A DNA stretch of 64,000 nt, from contig CAYOCJ010000002.1 in assembly GCA_964402565.1 (NCBI GenBank), positions 316,659 through 380,658 on the forward strand, given 5' to 3'. The position numbers were made by a program, and so were the translations under genes. Each line of letters opens with the position of its first letter. Position 1 is the stretch's first letter. This stretch comes from an uncultured Gammaproteobacteria bacterium. GTDB lineage: Bacteria; Patescibacteriota; Patescibacteriia; UBA1558; 2-01-FULL-52-15. Of the stretch, positions 55,899 to 64,000 are shown one piece after another. The notes under the pieces were generated by a model. The model was given only the letters and a program-made list of their open reading frames with translations, made no database searches and was not told the origin of the DNA.

Positions 55899-57752
55899 TT
55901 ATACCGCCGCGAGATGGTGTTTCTCGATCTTCACCACGCTGTTGCGGAAGTCACGCATGTACTCGGTCAGCTCATCCTGGTGGTTGAGATCGAGATTTTG
56001 TCCATAGACGTTGGCGACTGCATGATCAAGGTCGTGCCTCGAGATACCGCTTTGCTTTCGGTTCTTGATGTCACGACGGATGGCAAGCGATGTTGCTTGG
56101 TCGACGATGCCTGCGATCATACCTCCGTTGACGATGTGCCGGAGGCTAAACAGTTTCTGGCTGACGACTCCTTTGTTCAGCACCGAAACATCGTAAAGGG
56201 CGAGATCCTCGGCGTAGAGCTTTTCAGCGGCGTAGGCAGCCATGTTCGACCGCGTGTAGCCGTTGTCGAAAGGAACATCACGGAGATGCAGCGAGAAGAT
56301 GTCAGTTGCGCTCCGGACATCCGGCCGCGTAACCCTGATCTTGCGGTCGATGCGACCATCACGAACGATCGCCGGATCCAAAACGTCAGAACGGTTCGTG
56401 GCGAGTATTACGATCGCACCGCTATCGTCGAGTCCGTCCATTTCAGCGAGGAACATCGGAACGATGGTTGACTCCATGTCAGAGCTGACGCCGGAACCGC
56501 GTTTTCGCAGAATGGATTCAGCCTCGTCGATAAAGATCACCGCCGGATAACCGTTGTCCAGGCGATGTTTACGTGCACGCGCGAAGAGCTGCCGGATCGC
56601 AGCCTCGGAGTCGCCGACCCAGCGGGTCAGGATCTCAGGACCTTTGACGTAGAGAAAGCCGCTCGGGGCGCTGTTGCCATCGCCATGGAGCCGTGACATC
56701 GCCGTCGCCGTTGCTTTCGCAAGCATTGTTTTGCCGCAGCCCGGAGGTCCGTAGAGCAGAACGCCCTTGATCGGCCGCTTGTTGTAGTGGCGATATAGGC
56801 TTCGCTCACGCAGCGGCAACTCTATAGCCTCGATCATTTCCGTTTTGGCGGTTTCGAGTCCGCCGATGTCATCCCACGAAACGTCGGATAACTCCGTCAG
56901 CGTGAAAGATTCTTCCTCACGGTCGAGTCTCTGGATGATGATCGAAGCAGATGCATCGAGGATTACGCGGTCGCCTTTCTCGAGGTGAAAGTGCTGACCA
57001 CATAAAACGACACGTTTTTGATCTTGATGTTCTACTTCGCACAAGTCGTTGTCGAGCCGTTGTACCACCGTCGAGATGTCGCCGTTGGTGAAGCCTTCCA
57101 CGACTTTGACGATCTGGCGAGACTCCGGCGACAGCTTGACGGTGTCACCTGCGCGGACGTCCTCGTCTTTGGGTAGCATCACCTCCATCAACGTACCGTC
57201 GAAGTAGATCACAGCCGTTGACGGAACCGGGAGACCGTCGACAAGATCCAAGTCAATGGGGCCATAACGACTGTCACAATTGTAAGAATTTTCGTAGCCG
57301 TCAGCGAAACGAACTACCGCTGTCAGGCTACCTTCTTGTTCTCGGAAGATCGTACCGATCCCAGCGTTCTGATAGTAGTACTCGCTATTTTTCGAGATAC
57401 GAACACGAGTGCCTTTTGTAAAAGCACTTAAGTCCGGATCGGCCGGCATGATCCTGATCACTGTTGCCATGGGCATCGGCAGAGCCGTGAGCTGCTTCAG
57501 GCGAGAGTTCTGCTCCAGCAGCTTTTCTTTTGCCAGGACCAGAGCTTCACGAAGCCTGAAGGCATCCTTGCCTTCTTTTTCGTCAACTTCCTGATATCTT
57601 GCAAGCTTGTCTTCGAGCTCGGCAACGTACGCACGAGACGGAAGAGTGTCGTCTTGAACGATCGTAGCTGGAGCTTCGTGCTCTTGTCGATGATGTTCAC
57701 CTGTCTTCTGTTGAGGATGGTCTGCTTTGGGGGTTTTTTTGTTGGACCACAT
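55899..57752 (-). CDS. ARC/Mpa-type proteasome-associated AAA ATPase
   Basis: N-terminal coiled coil, OB-fold region, then DIGGLETAKTEMIEAIELPLRERSLY...GVLLYGPPGCGKTMLAKA (Walker A), VIFIDEAES (Walker B), ATNRSDVLDPAIVRDGRIDRKI (second region of homology). Confidence 0.85.
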   Translation of the reverse strand: MWSNKKTPKADHPQQKTGEHHRQEHEAPATIVQDDTLPSRAYVAELEDKLARYQEVDEKEGKDAFRLREALVLAKEKLLEQNSRLKQLTALPMPMATVIRIMPADPDLSAFTKGTRVRISKNSEYYYQNAGIGTIFREQEGSLTAVVRFADGYENSYNCDSRYGPIDLDLVDGLPVPSTAVIYFDGTLMEVMLPKDEDVRAGDTVKLSPESRQIVKVVEGFTNGDISTVVQRLDNDLCEVEHQDQKRVVLCGQHFHLEKGDRVILDASASIIIQRLDREEESFTLTELSDVSWDDIGGLETAKTEMIEAIELPLRERSLYRHYNKRPIKGVLLYGPPGCGKTMLAKATATAMSRLHGDGNSAPSGFLYVKGPEILTRWVGDSEAAIRQLFARARKHRLDNGYPAVIFIDEAESILRKRGSGVSSDMESTIVPMFLAEMDGLDDSGAIVILATNRSDVLDPAIVRDGRIDRKIRVTRPDVRSATDIFSLHLRDVPFDNGYTRSNMAAYAAEKLYAEDLALYDVSVLNKGVVSQKLFSLRHIVNGGMIAGIVDQATSLAIRRDIKNRKQSGISRHDLDHAVANVYGQNLDLNHQDELTEYMRDFRNSVVKIEKHHLAAV

Positions 57753-57784
57753 GCCTCAGTCTCCTTGTGACCTGTTTGTTGCGT

Positions 57785-58111
57785 TTACTGCAAACGTACG
57801 TCGACAGCTCGTTCCACCTTTGTTCCGTTCTCGTCATCGACCGTTCCGATAAGGAACGTCACGTTGAGACCGCGCGCGAGTGCGATGTTTTCGTGCACAG
57901 AAGCAACGATAAACTTGCGCCCGTCGTAGGTACTCGTGGTGTCTTTGACTCGCACTTTCCAAAGAGTGGCTCGAGATGCAGGGTCGGCCCCAACGACGTA
58001 TCCTTGATGCCTTTTTTCGATCATGGGCTTCTCCTGTTGACTATAGACCTTCTGACCTTTATACATCCAACGACTTATCGTCGTAATTGGGACAATGTGA
58101 GTAATTTCCAT
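57785..58111 (-). CDS. hypothetical protein, first gene of the ARC cassette
   Basis: 108-aa ORF on the same strand as ARC, 33 nt upstream of it. Confidence 0.45.
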   Translation of the reverse strand: MEITHIVPITTISRWMYKGQKVYSQQEKPMIEKRHQGYVVGADPASRATLWKVRVKDTTSTYDGRKFIVASVHENIALARGLNVTFLIGTVDDENGTKVERAVDVRLQ

Positions 58112-58185
58112 AATTTTTAAGGGACTGATAAAACATAAAGATATAGTATATTAAATGATTTTTGTCAATCCAATTCGTTAATCGA

Positions 58186-58231
58186 TAAAAAAGAAAACGG
58201 CCCCGGTCCACACGAACGTGTGGCCGGGGCC
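58186..58231 (-). terminator. palindromic terminator, copy 2 of the 45-bp repeat (centre AA instead of TT)
   Basis: taaaaaagaaaacggccccggtccacacgAAcgtgtggccggggcc, minus-strand terminator after the serpin-like gene. Confidence 0.65.
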
Positions 58232-58236
58232 GCAAG

Positions 58237-59118
58237 TTATGCGAGGCCCGAAGGCTTCTTCCAGTCGTCGTGACCGATGTGGCCGACAAACAACGGCTTG
58301 CTGAAGCCATGCCTGGTGAAGCAGACGAGGAAAGGCTTGTCGATGATGTAGACCGTCTTCGGCTTCGAGGCGCCCAGACGCATAATGCCGATCGCAGCAG
58401 CGCTCTCGGCTCGCGCGCCGACCTCGTTCATCCGAAGCTTGGTTTGCTGCTTCGCCTGCGAGACGATTGCAGGCCGACCGTCAACGCCCTTGGTGTTCAG
58501 TCCGCGGAGCCACGAGATGTCGACCTCTTGGTTCAGATCGACCATGGGGAAAATGACGCCTTCGTGCTCATCGTCGATATCGTCCGGTTCGAGCAGCCTG
58601 TCTGCCAGGCTGATGAGGTCGAAATCCTTCGGAGGATCATCCACGATGGACAGGTGGACCATGTCTCCGGACTTGGTTTTGATCATGATGACCGGATGCC
58701 GGTGCTTCGCCACGCGATAGATGATGTGGCCCTTGTCCATGCGCACGGCAGGGTAGGGCGTATCGTCCGCGGTCACGATCTGAGTTTCTGATCCTTTCGC
58801 CTCCCATTCCACGAGCAGGTCGAGTACGCTCGCGACGCCGAACTCGTTCGGGTCGAAGCGATCGAGCTGGATGCGGAAGCCTTTTTTCCTTAGGAAGGCG
58901 TTGATCTCGTCAGCGCTTTTCGAAGCGAGGCTCTCGATCTCCGGCAGCCTGCCGATCTCGTCGCGGTTGCGCCTGAAGAATTCGTCAAGGAATCTCGACT
59001 GCATGCGGTTCTTCGGGGACCAGAGCCTGTGAGCTCCCATGCCAGGCATTTCTTCCGCTGCGACCAGGGCCGCTACGATCGGATAGGTGACTACGGTTTG
59101 GCTTTCGGTTGCGATCAC
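58237..59118 (-). CDS. serpin-like protein (C-terminal serpin signature; possibly N-terminally truncated)
   Basis: EVGARAESAAAIGIM (hinge, compare GTEAAAAT), DKPFLVCF (compare DHPFLFLI), PLFVGHIGH (compare ILFMGRV.NP). Only 293 aa versus about 380-400 for full serpins. Confidence 0.4.
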   Translation of the reverse strand: MIATESQTVVTYPIVAALVAAEEMPGMGAHRLWSPKNRMQSRFLDEFFRRNRDEIGRLPEIESLASKSADEINAFLRKKGFRIQLDRFDPNEFGVASVLDLLVEWEAKGSETQIVTADDTPYPAVRMDKGHIIYRVAKHRHPVIMIKTKSGDMVHLSIVDDPPKDFDLISLADRLLEPDDIDDEHEGVIFPMVDLNQEVDISWLRGLNTKGVDGRPAIVSQAKQQTKLRMNEVGARAESAAAIGIMRLGASKPKTVYIIDKPFLVCFTRHGFSKPLFVGHIGHDDWKKPSGLA

Positions 59119-59257
59119 GCCTTCTCCTTTTTGCCTTTTGGCAGTTAAAGTGCGACTTCTTGCTGCGATGCAAGAAACCGCAAATATTTGCAGGAAATGA
59201 AGTAAATGTCAATTTTTTTATCCACGTTTAATAAAAAAGCATTTGATTTTAATGTTA

Positions 59258-59286
59258 TTGACAATGTTGCCTGAAAAGTGTATAAG
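59258..59286 (+). promoter_or_regulatory. sigma70 promoter (TTGACA-17-TATAAG) for the PspA-like gene
   Basis: ttgaca at 59258-59263, tataag at 59281-59286. Confidence 0.5.
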
Positions 59287-59340
59287 TCTTTGATCATCGT
59301 CCAATCACGGATGATGAGTTCCAATACACATGAGGTGCCC

Positions 59341-60018
59341 ATGCCGCTCCTGAAACGGTTCTACGACCTGCTTCACGACAAGCTCAGCGCCGGCGTCGAC
59401 AAGGCTCAGGATCCCGAAGACAAGATCCGTGCCGTGATGCACAGCATCACGGACCAGGCGCCTGCGGTGCGCCAGGCCACAGCCGAGCCCATCGCTCGCT
59501 ACACCGATCTGCTTTCCCGCAGCGAAGCCATGAAGGTGAAGGTCACTGCGCTCGAGGCCAAGGCGCGCGGAGCCATCGGCAAAAACGACGAGGCCGCACG
59601 CGCCTACGCGACGCAGCTTGTCGACGCCAGGGCCGAAGCGGCCAGGATCGACGCACAGCTCGCGACCGCGAAGGAACGGGCGGACCAAGCCCGCCAGCAC
59701 TACGCCGACTGGAAGGAGAAGGTCGACGCGATGCACAGCCAGGCCATGGATGCTCTCGGCGAAGCCGAACGCGCCAAGGCGCAGAGGGTCTACAACGAGA
59801 CCATGCGCACGCTCGACAGCACAAGCCTCGACAGCAGCTTCGCGGAAGCGACGAACGCCGTCGCCATGGAGGCGCGCAAGGCCGACGCCGAGGCAACGCT
59901 CGACGAGGATCCGACAGCGGCAGCGGTCAAGGCATACGACAACCAGCAGCGTACCGCTGCGGTGGACGAGGTTCTGAAGAGCCTCGCCGCATCGCAAGAT
60001 GCCGCAACCCCGGCCTAA
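59341..60018 (+). CDS. PspA/IM30 (Vipp1/LiaH) family protein
   Basis: LLKRFYDLLHDKLSAGVDKAQDPEDKIRAVMHSITDQ matches the PspA N-terminal pattern (...lLdkaEDPeK.l.q...em...). The remainder is coiled coil. The start is trimmed to MPLLK. Confidence 0.7.
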   Translation: MPLLKRFYDLLHDKLSAGVDKAQDPEDKIRAVMHSITDQAPAVRQATAEPIARYTDLLSRSEAMKVKVTALEAKARGAIGKNDEAARAYATQLVDARAEAARIDAQLATAKERADQARQHYADWKEKVDAMHSQAMDALGEAERAKAQRVYNETMRTLDSTSLDSSFAEATNAVAMEARKADAEATLDEDPTAAAVKAYDNQQRTAAVDEVLKSLAASQDAATPA

Positions 60019-60196
60019 CAAAGGCCGGTCTACTATCGGTGCAGGTGTTCCCCTCGGAATGCCTGCACCTTTTCTTTATAATAGTGGAAACGAAATGGTT
60101 GACTTTTTTATCAATATTTGTTAGAAGTATCGGTTGCTCTTTAACACGCTATTCGAGAAAATATTGAAAAAAACGGAGGTTCTTCTCGTGATACAA

Positions 60197-61177
60197 ATGA
60201 TCCTCGGTAAGCCTGTCGACGAATTCGTTTATCGGTATGTCCCGGGCTTGTGGGTGATCACCCCGTATTACAATCCAATGGGCTACCAGACCCGGCGCCG
60301 CAACTACGAGATCTTTTCTCGCGTCTTGCGAAACTCCGGCATTCCGCTCATCACGGTCGAATGCGTATTCGGCGATCAGAAGTTCGATCTTCCTGAGTCA
60401 CCGGACGTGATCCGGCTGAAGAGCGAGTCCATGCTGTGGCAGAAAGAGCGTCTGCTCAATCTCGCCATCTCATGGCTGCCGCCATCCTGCACCGCAGTTG
60501 CGTGGCTTGATTGCGATCTGATGTTTACGAACCCGAACTGGGCTCAGGAGACTGTGGCGCGTCTGCACGATGCAGCGGTTGTTCAAGTCTTCGAGACTTG
60601 TAACCGCTTGCCGCAGCAGTATGCGGATCCCTCTGCACATGGAGACATCTGCACTTCCTTCGGCAGCGTGCTGTCACAGGATCCTTCACAGTACGCTACA
60701 GGCAATTTCGCGAATCACGGTCACACCGGATACGGCTGGGCTGCGCGAAGGGACATCCTCGACAAACACGGGCTCTACGAAGCAGCAATAGCCGGATCGG
60801 CGGACCATTATATGGCCCATGCTGCGGTCGGTGATTTCGATTCAGTGTGCATCACTCGCCACATGAGCAGAAACCCTACGCTCAAGCGGCATTACCGCGA
60901 CTGGGCCGAGTCGTTCTATGAGTCGGTCGGCGGCAAGCTGCAGGCAGTGTCAGGCACTGTGCTGCATCTGTGGCATGGAGAGCTCGCGGATCGAAAATAT
61001 TCGCTACGCCATCTCGAACTCGAAGCTCTGCAGTTCAATCCGTACACTGATCTGGTTTCGCATCCCGGCAAACCGCTGGAGCTGAAGCCCAGTAGTCGAA
61101 CTGAGGAATTGATTCGCTGGTTCGGCATGTATTTCGCGAGCCGGCGAGAAGACGGACCATTAACCGCAACGATATGA
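60197..61177 (+). CDS. hypothetical protein (possibly a nucleotide-sugar transferase-like fold)
   Basis: RBS acggagg then GTG/ATG. VITPYYNP...DCD pattern is only weakly GT-A-like. Confidence 0.5.
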   Translation: MILGKPVDEFVYRYVPGLWVITPYYNPMGYQTRRRNYEIFSRVLRNSGIPLITVECVFGDQKFDLPESPDVIRLKSESMLWQKERLLNLAISWLPPSCTAVAWLDCDLMFTNPNWAQETVARLHDAAVVQVFETCNRLPQQYADPSAHGDICTSFGSVLSQDPSQYATGNFANHGHTGYGWAARRDILDKHGLYEAAIAGSADHYMAHAAVGDFDSVCITRHMSRNPTLKRHYRDWAESFYESVGGKLQAVSGTVLHLWHGELADRKYSLRHLELEALQFNPYTDLVSHPGKPLELKPSSRTEELIRWFGMYFASRREDGPLTATI

Positions 61178-61187
61178 CGGAGGACCC

Positions 61188-62327
61188 ATGGCTGACAAAC
61201 GGGTGTTTCTGACCGAGCTCGACTCTCACGCAGACAGCTTGCGACGTGCATTCGAACAGATGGGCCAGACGATCCAGGATAACGGTCGCGATCTCGACGC
61301 GCTGCGAAAAACTCGCAGCAAGCGGATCGGCGAGTACATCGACGAGATTCTGCCGGACCTCAGTCCGGCCTCGATCACTCAGCTGAACGCGAAGCTTCCA
61401 GGCGCTGCCACGACGGAGCAAGTCGTGTCGCTCATCGCAGGAATGAAGCAGACCTACCAAGGTCAGGTCGACCGCCTGCTCACGACCTACGACCCCAAGT
61501 CCTACGAAGGAACCAAGATGGGCCTGGAGGTCAAACTCCAGGAAGCCGAGAGAGACCTCGACTATGTGAAAGCTCCGCTCGACGGCCTCAAGGCCATCCC
61601 GGATCTCTCGCGTCTCATGCAGAGCGGTTATGGCACCGATGCCTACCCGCATGGCTTCCTCAACAGCCAGTACTACCGCGACTGGAAAGCAGCCGACGCG
61701 GCTGTCGAGCGGGCTGGAAACGTCAGGAACTGGGTCGAGCTCGCTGCACGGTATCGTACCGCAGCCGGCAACGTGATCACCGTCGGAGCGCGAGTCGCAT
61801 CAGTTCGCAAGCAGATCGAAACGCTGACTTCCCTGCACGACGAATACGAGAACGCGAAGGCTGCGCTGGACCAGGTTCCGCAGAAAGCGCGGGAGACGAT
61901 CTCAGTGAAGGTCAGGTCGAAGCTCGATGCTTTGGATCCGATGCCTGACTGGGCATCCGACATCGCGAACTTGGACAAGAAGATCGCGGCCAAGGTGGAC
62001 GAGACTTCGAAGCTTCAGGAAACCCAAGGCAAGATGTCCGAACAGATCGCGAGCATGCAGAAGATCAAAGCGCAGGCAACGCGCAGCAGGGATAACCAAG
62101 TCCCTGACAAGTACCTGCAGGCGATTCGCCAGACCAGGCCCTTCGGCGCATCCGGAGGCAGCTCGCACACCGTGTACGTGAACGACAATAGCTGGCTGCT
62201 GCCGATGATCCTGTACACGGAGATGGGAAATCACTTTTCCAGCGACCGTGCCTACCGCGACGGGCGTGAGGATCAGCGCCAAGCTGACTACGCATACGCG
62301 CACGCCGATCGCAGCGGCAACTCCTAA
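61188..62327 (+). CDS. hypothetical helical protein, 379 aa
   Basis: RBS gacggaggaccc-ATG. Confidence 0.55.
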   Translation: MADKRVFLTELDSHADSLRRAFEQMGQTIQDNGRDLDALRKTRSKRIGEYIDEILPDLSPASITQLNAKLPGAATTEQVVSLIAGMKQTYQGQVDRLLTTYDPKSYEGTKMGLEVKLQEAERDLDYVKAPLDGLKAIPDLSRLMQSGYGTDAYPHGFLNSQYYRDWKAADAAVERAGNVRNWVELAARYRTAAGNVITVGARVASVRKQIETLTSLHDEYENAKAALDQVPQKARETISVKVRSKLDALDPMPDWASDIANLDKKIAAKVDETSKLQETQGKMSEQIASMQKIKAQATRSRDNQVPDKYLQAIRQTRPFGASGGSSHTVYVNDNSWLLPMILYTEMGNHFSSDRAYRDGREDQRQADYAYAHADRSGNS

Positions 62328-62366
62328 ACCTACAACGTTTCTATTTCCATTTGGAGGAAGAGACCG

Positions 62367-62918
62367 ATGACGTACAAGACGTTCGTGCGCGTGGTCTGGG
62401 TTCTGGGGATCGTGCTCGTCATTTCGATGGGCTATTGCGTGAAGAACTGTGCGAGCAGCCATGCTTCGGCCGAAGCCCAGGTTCAGACCGGCACGGTGGT
62501 GACGCAGGCGTATATCCCGCCGGCTCCTGTCCGCGCACCCGACCCTGAACCTCCGGTTCGCCACGTCGCTCCGGCGGCTGCCTCGGGGCCGCTCACCGCT
62601 TCTCGCATGTACTCGACCGATGAGCTTGCCGCCAAGATCGAGGGCTTCCTCTCGGCTCACGGCAAGAACCGCGGACGCCAGCAATGGGTGAATTGCATGC
62701 CGGAGGAGCCTTTCCGCGCGACGGCAGTCCGTTTCAAAGAAGCGGACGCGGTCAAATGGTCGAATGACCCTGACCAGTGGTCGCAGGTCCGCCTCGACCT
62801 CGATCGCGACGGTCGCGACGATGAGAAGTGGCTCCTGAAAAACGGCCACACCTACAAGCGAGAGGTGCTCGGGCCTGACGGCAAGAGCGTCGTCAAGACC
62901 GAATACGTCAAGAGGTAG
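62367..62918 (+). CDS. membrane-anchored hypothetical protein with Pro-rich linker
   Basis: RBS ggaggaagagaccg-ATG. One N-terminal TM. Confidence 0.55.
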   Translation: MTYKTFVRVVWVLGIVLVISMGYCVKNCASSHASAEAQVQTGTVVTQAYIPPAPVRAPDPEPPVRHVAPAAASGPLTASRMYSTDELAAKIEGFLSAHGKNRGRQQWVNCMPEEPFRATAVRFKEADAVKWSNDPDQWSQVRLDLDRDGRDDEKWLLKNGHTYKREVLGPDGKSVVKTEYVKR

Positions 62919-62953
62919 GAGAAGCGTCTGAGTAATTTCTCGAATTGTAAGCT

Positions 62954-62992
62954 GTGCCCCGAGCGTTTCACGCCCGGGGCACTTTTCTTTTA
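62954..62992 (+). terminator. rho-independent terminator
   Basis: gtgccccg...cggggcac followed by ttttctttta. Confidence 0.7.
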
Positions 62993-63077
62993 TCAAAAAT
63001 ATCCTTGTCACAGATATCGTTGCGTATTACAGTATAAGCATACAGAACACTATTTTTAAATAATCTAAAGCACACAT

Positions 63078-63248
63078 ATGAAAAACCGGCATGGCGGCGA
63101 AGCAGTATATGGACTTGGTCTCATCGGAGCATTGGTTTACTTTATCGGCCATGCGCAATCGTTCTGGGGTGGCTTGCTTGGTTTTCTTGAAGCCTTAGTC
63201 TGGCCGGCAATACTCGTGTACAAATTGTTAGAAATGTTTTGGAAATAG
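63078..63248 (+). CDS. possible 56-aa hydrophobic micro-protein (not in the ORF track)
   Basis: ATG at 63078 to TAG at 63246. Reads MKNRHGGEAVYGLGLIGALVYFIGHAQSFWGGLLGFLEALVWPAILVYKLLEMFWK, i.e. 2 TM helices. Preceded by a weak RBS. Confidence 0.3.
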   Translation: MKNRHGGEAVYGLGLIGALVYFIGHAQSFWGGLLGFLEALVWPAILVYKLLEMFWK

Positions 63249-63260
63249 AAAGCAGTTTTT

Positions 63261-63295
63261 GAAAAAGAAAAAGGCCGTATCGGGAGATACGGCCT
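63261..63295 (-). terminator. rho-independent terminator for the antiporter gene
   Basis: aggccgtatc-ggga-gatacggcct, with a T-tract on the minus strand. Confidence 0.6.
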
Positions 63296-63319
63296 CATGA
63301 ATCATAATGCAGTGTTGCT

Positions 63320-64000
63320 TCAGACCAACTGGAGTTTCCGTGCCAACCAGGGCGTGGCCAGAGGTTGGACGATGAGTGTGAGCAGGATCACCCACATGCC
63401 GATCGGTACGAGTGCCTCGGTACCGGGAATAGCGCGACTCGCGATGGTGACGAGAAGTACTGCCGGGATTGCACCGGTTTCTCTGACCCAGGCAAGGAAG
63501 GCGAGCTGTTGCCAGCTAAGGCGTTCCTTGGTGAGCTTCGTTGTGAAGACCGAAAGCATGACCAACACCGTCAGCGGTCGTACTACGAAAACGAAAACGA
63601 GTGCCGAGATGATGCCGATGAGAGCGTATTGCCCGAGCGAGCCAAGATCTACGAGCGAGCCAAGCAGGAGGAAGATCGTGGGCTTCGCCAGGCCGTCCAC
63701 CACATGTTCTTCGAGGAAGTGACCCGTTTTCTCGAGGTGATTCGAAAGCTCGAAGAGAAGGCCTGCGATGAAAGCCGCGAGATAGCCGCTGCCTCCGAAG
63801 AGCAGTGCTGCCACGAAGGCGAAGAGCGGGATAAACAGGAAGAAAATCCCGTCAGCACCGGCTTCGAATCCGTGATGCAGCTTGCGCCAGCTGAAGAGCC
63901 TGAGCAGCAGCCAGCCGACGATACCGGCGAGGGCACCGTAGAATGTTTGCTCGACGAGAATCAGCGCGCTCCCGACTGAGAACAGTGAAGCGAATCCGCT
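63320..64000 (-). CDS. cation:proton antiporter (CPA1/NhaP-like), C-terminal part; the gene continues beyond the window
   Basis: Continuous minus-strand frame to the window edge (...FFLFIPLFAFVAALLFGGSGYLAAFIAGLLFE...), the typical CPA TM core. Confidence 0.75.
   Translation of the reverse strand, partial: SGFASLFSVGSALILVEQTFYGALAGIVGWLLLRLFSWRKLHHGFEAGADGIFFLFIPLFAFVAALLFGGSGYLAAFIAGLLFELSNHLEKTGHFLEEHVVDGLAKPTIFLLLGSLVDLGSLGQYALIGIISALVFVFVVRPLTVLVMLSVFTTKLTKERLSWQQLAFLAWVRETGAIPAVLLVTIASRAIPGTEALVPIGMWVILLTLIVQPLATPWLARKLQLV

Noticed and set aside
61902-63011. 369-aa minus-strand ORF over the 61188 and 62367 genes (also 59305..60021 antisense to pspA, 61035..61652, 28740..29480, 37245..37997, 37799..38467, 38139..39266)
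   Set aside because: Same reasoning. The + strand genes carry GGAGG-type RBSs and recognisable domains (PspA, AAA, SBP). The antisense ORFs are Arg-rich artefacts of high GC.

Overview
The window is a mosaic. By eye, an AT-rich backbone of roughly mid-40s %GC carries housekeeping genes whose content is typical of a small-genome bacterium, possibly CPR/Patescibacteria-like; that assignment is inference only. Backbone genes include an archaeal-type ProRS, HU, the dnaG-rpoD operon with two tRNA-Met(CAT), a pgsA / DAGK-like / CarS-like / GT1 lipid operon, endonuclease III, an ECF sigma with a putative anti-sigma, a MacAB-like adaptor/ABC transporter, pyruvate kinase, GT2/GT39-like glycosyltransferases and tRNA-Ser/Asn/Pro/Leu. 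The backbone is interrupted by several visibly GC-rich islets with GC-dominated third codon positions. Five small islets of 1-2 genes lie at about 3.6-4.0 kb, 7.4-8.9 kb, 13.5-14.4 kb, 23.3-24.2 kb and 46.2-46.6 kb. The GC-rich tail from 55.3 kb to the window end carries a Pup/UBact-like small protein next to an ARC/Mpa-type AAA ATPase, bounded by two near-identical 45-bp palindromic terminator repeats. Beyond the upstream repeat it also carries a serpin-like protein, PspA/IM30 and a Na+/H+ antiporter. The largest block is about 13 kb (about 26.1-39.3 kb): 14 co-directional genes read from a backbone-type sigma70 promoter. It encodes a long coiled-coil protein, three large unknown proteins, a classical AAA ATPase with a novel N-domain, membrane proteins, an MscS channel and a periplasmic binding protein, with repeated TGAcATG stop/start coupling. 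I could find no database match for the unknown products and regard this block as the best candidate for an undescribed system. Further signals are a helicase fused to about six homing-endonuclease-associated repeats, tRNA-Asn with two partial copies of its 3' end (att-like scars), and a promoter-like motif shared between the big island and the helicase locus. No integrase, transposase or CRISPR array is visible. Chimeric assembly cannot be excluded from sequence alone.
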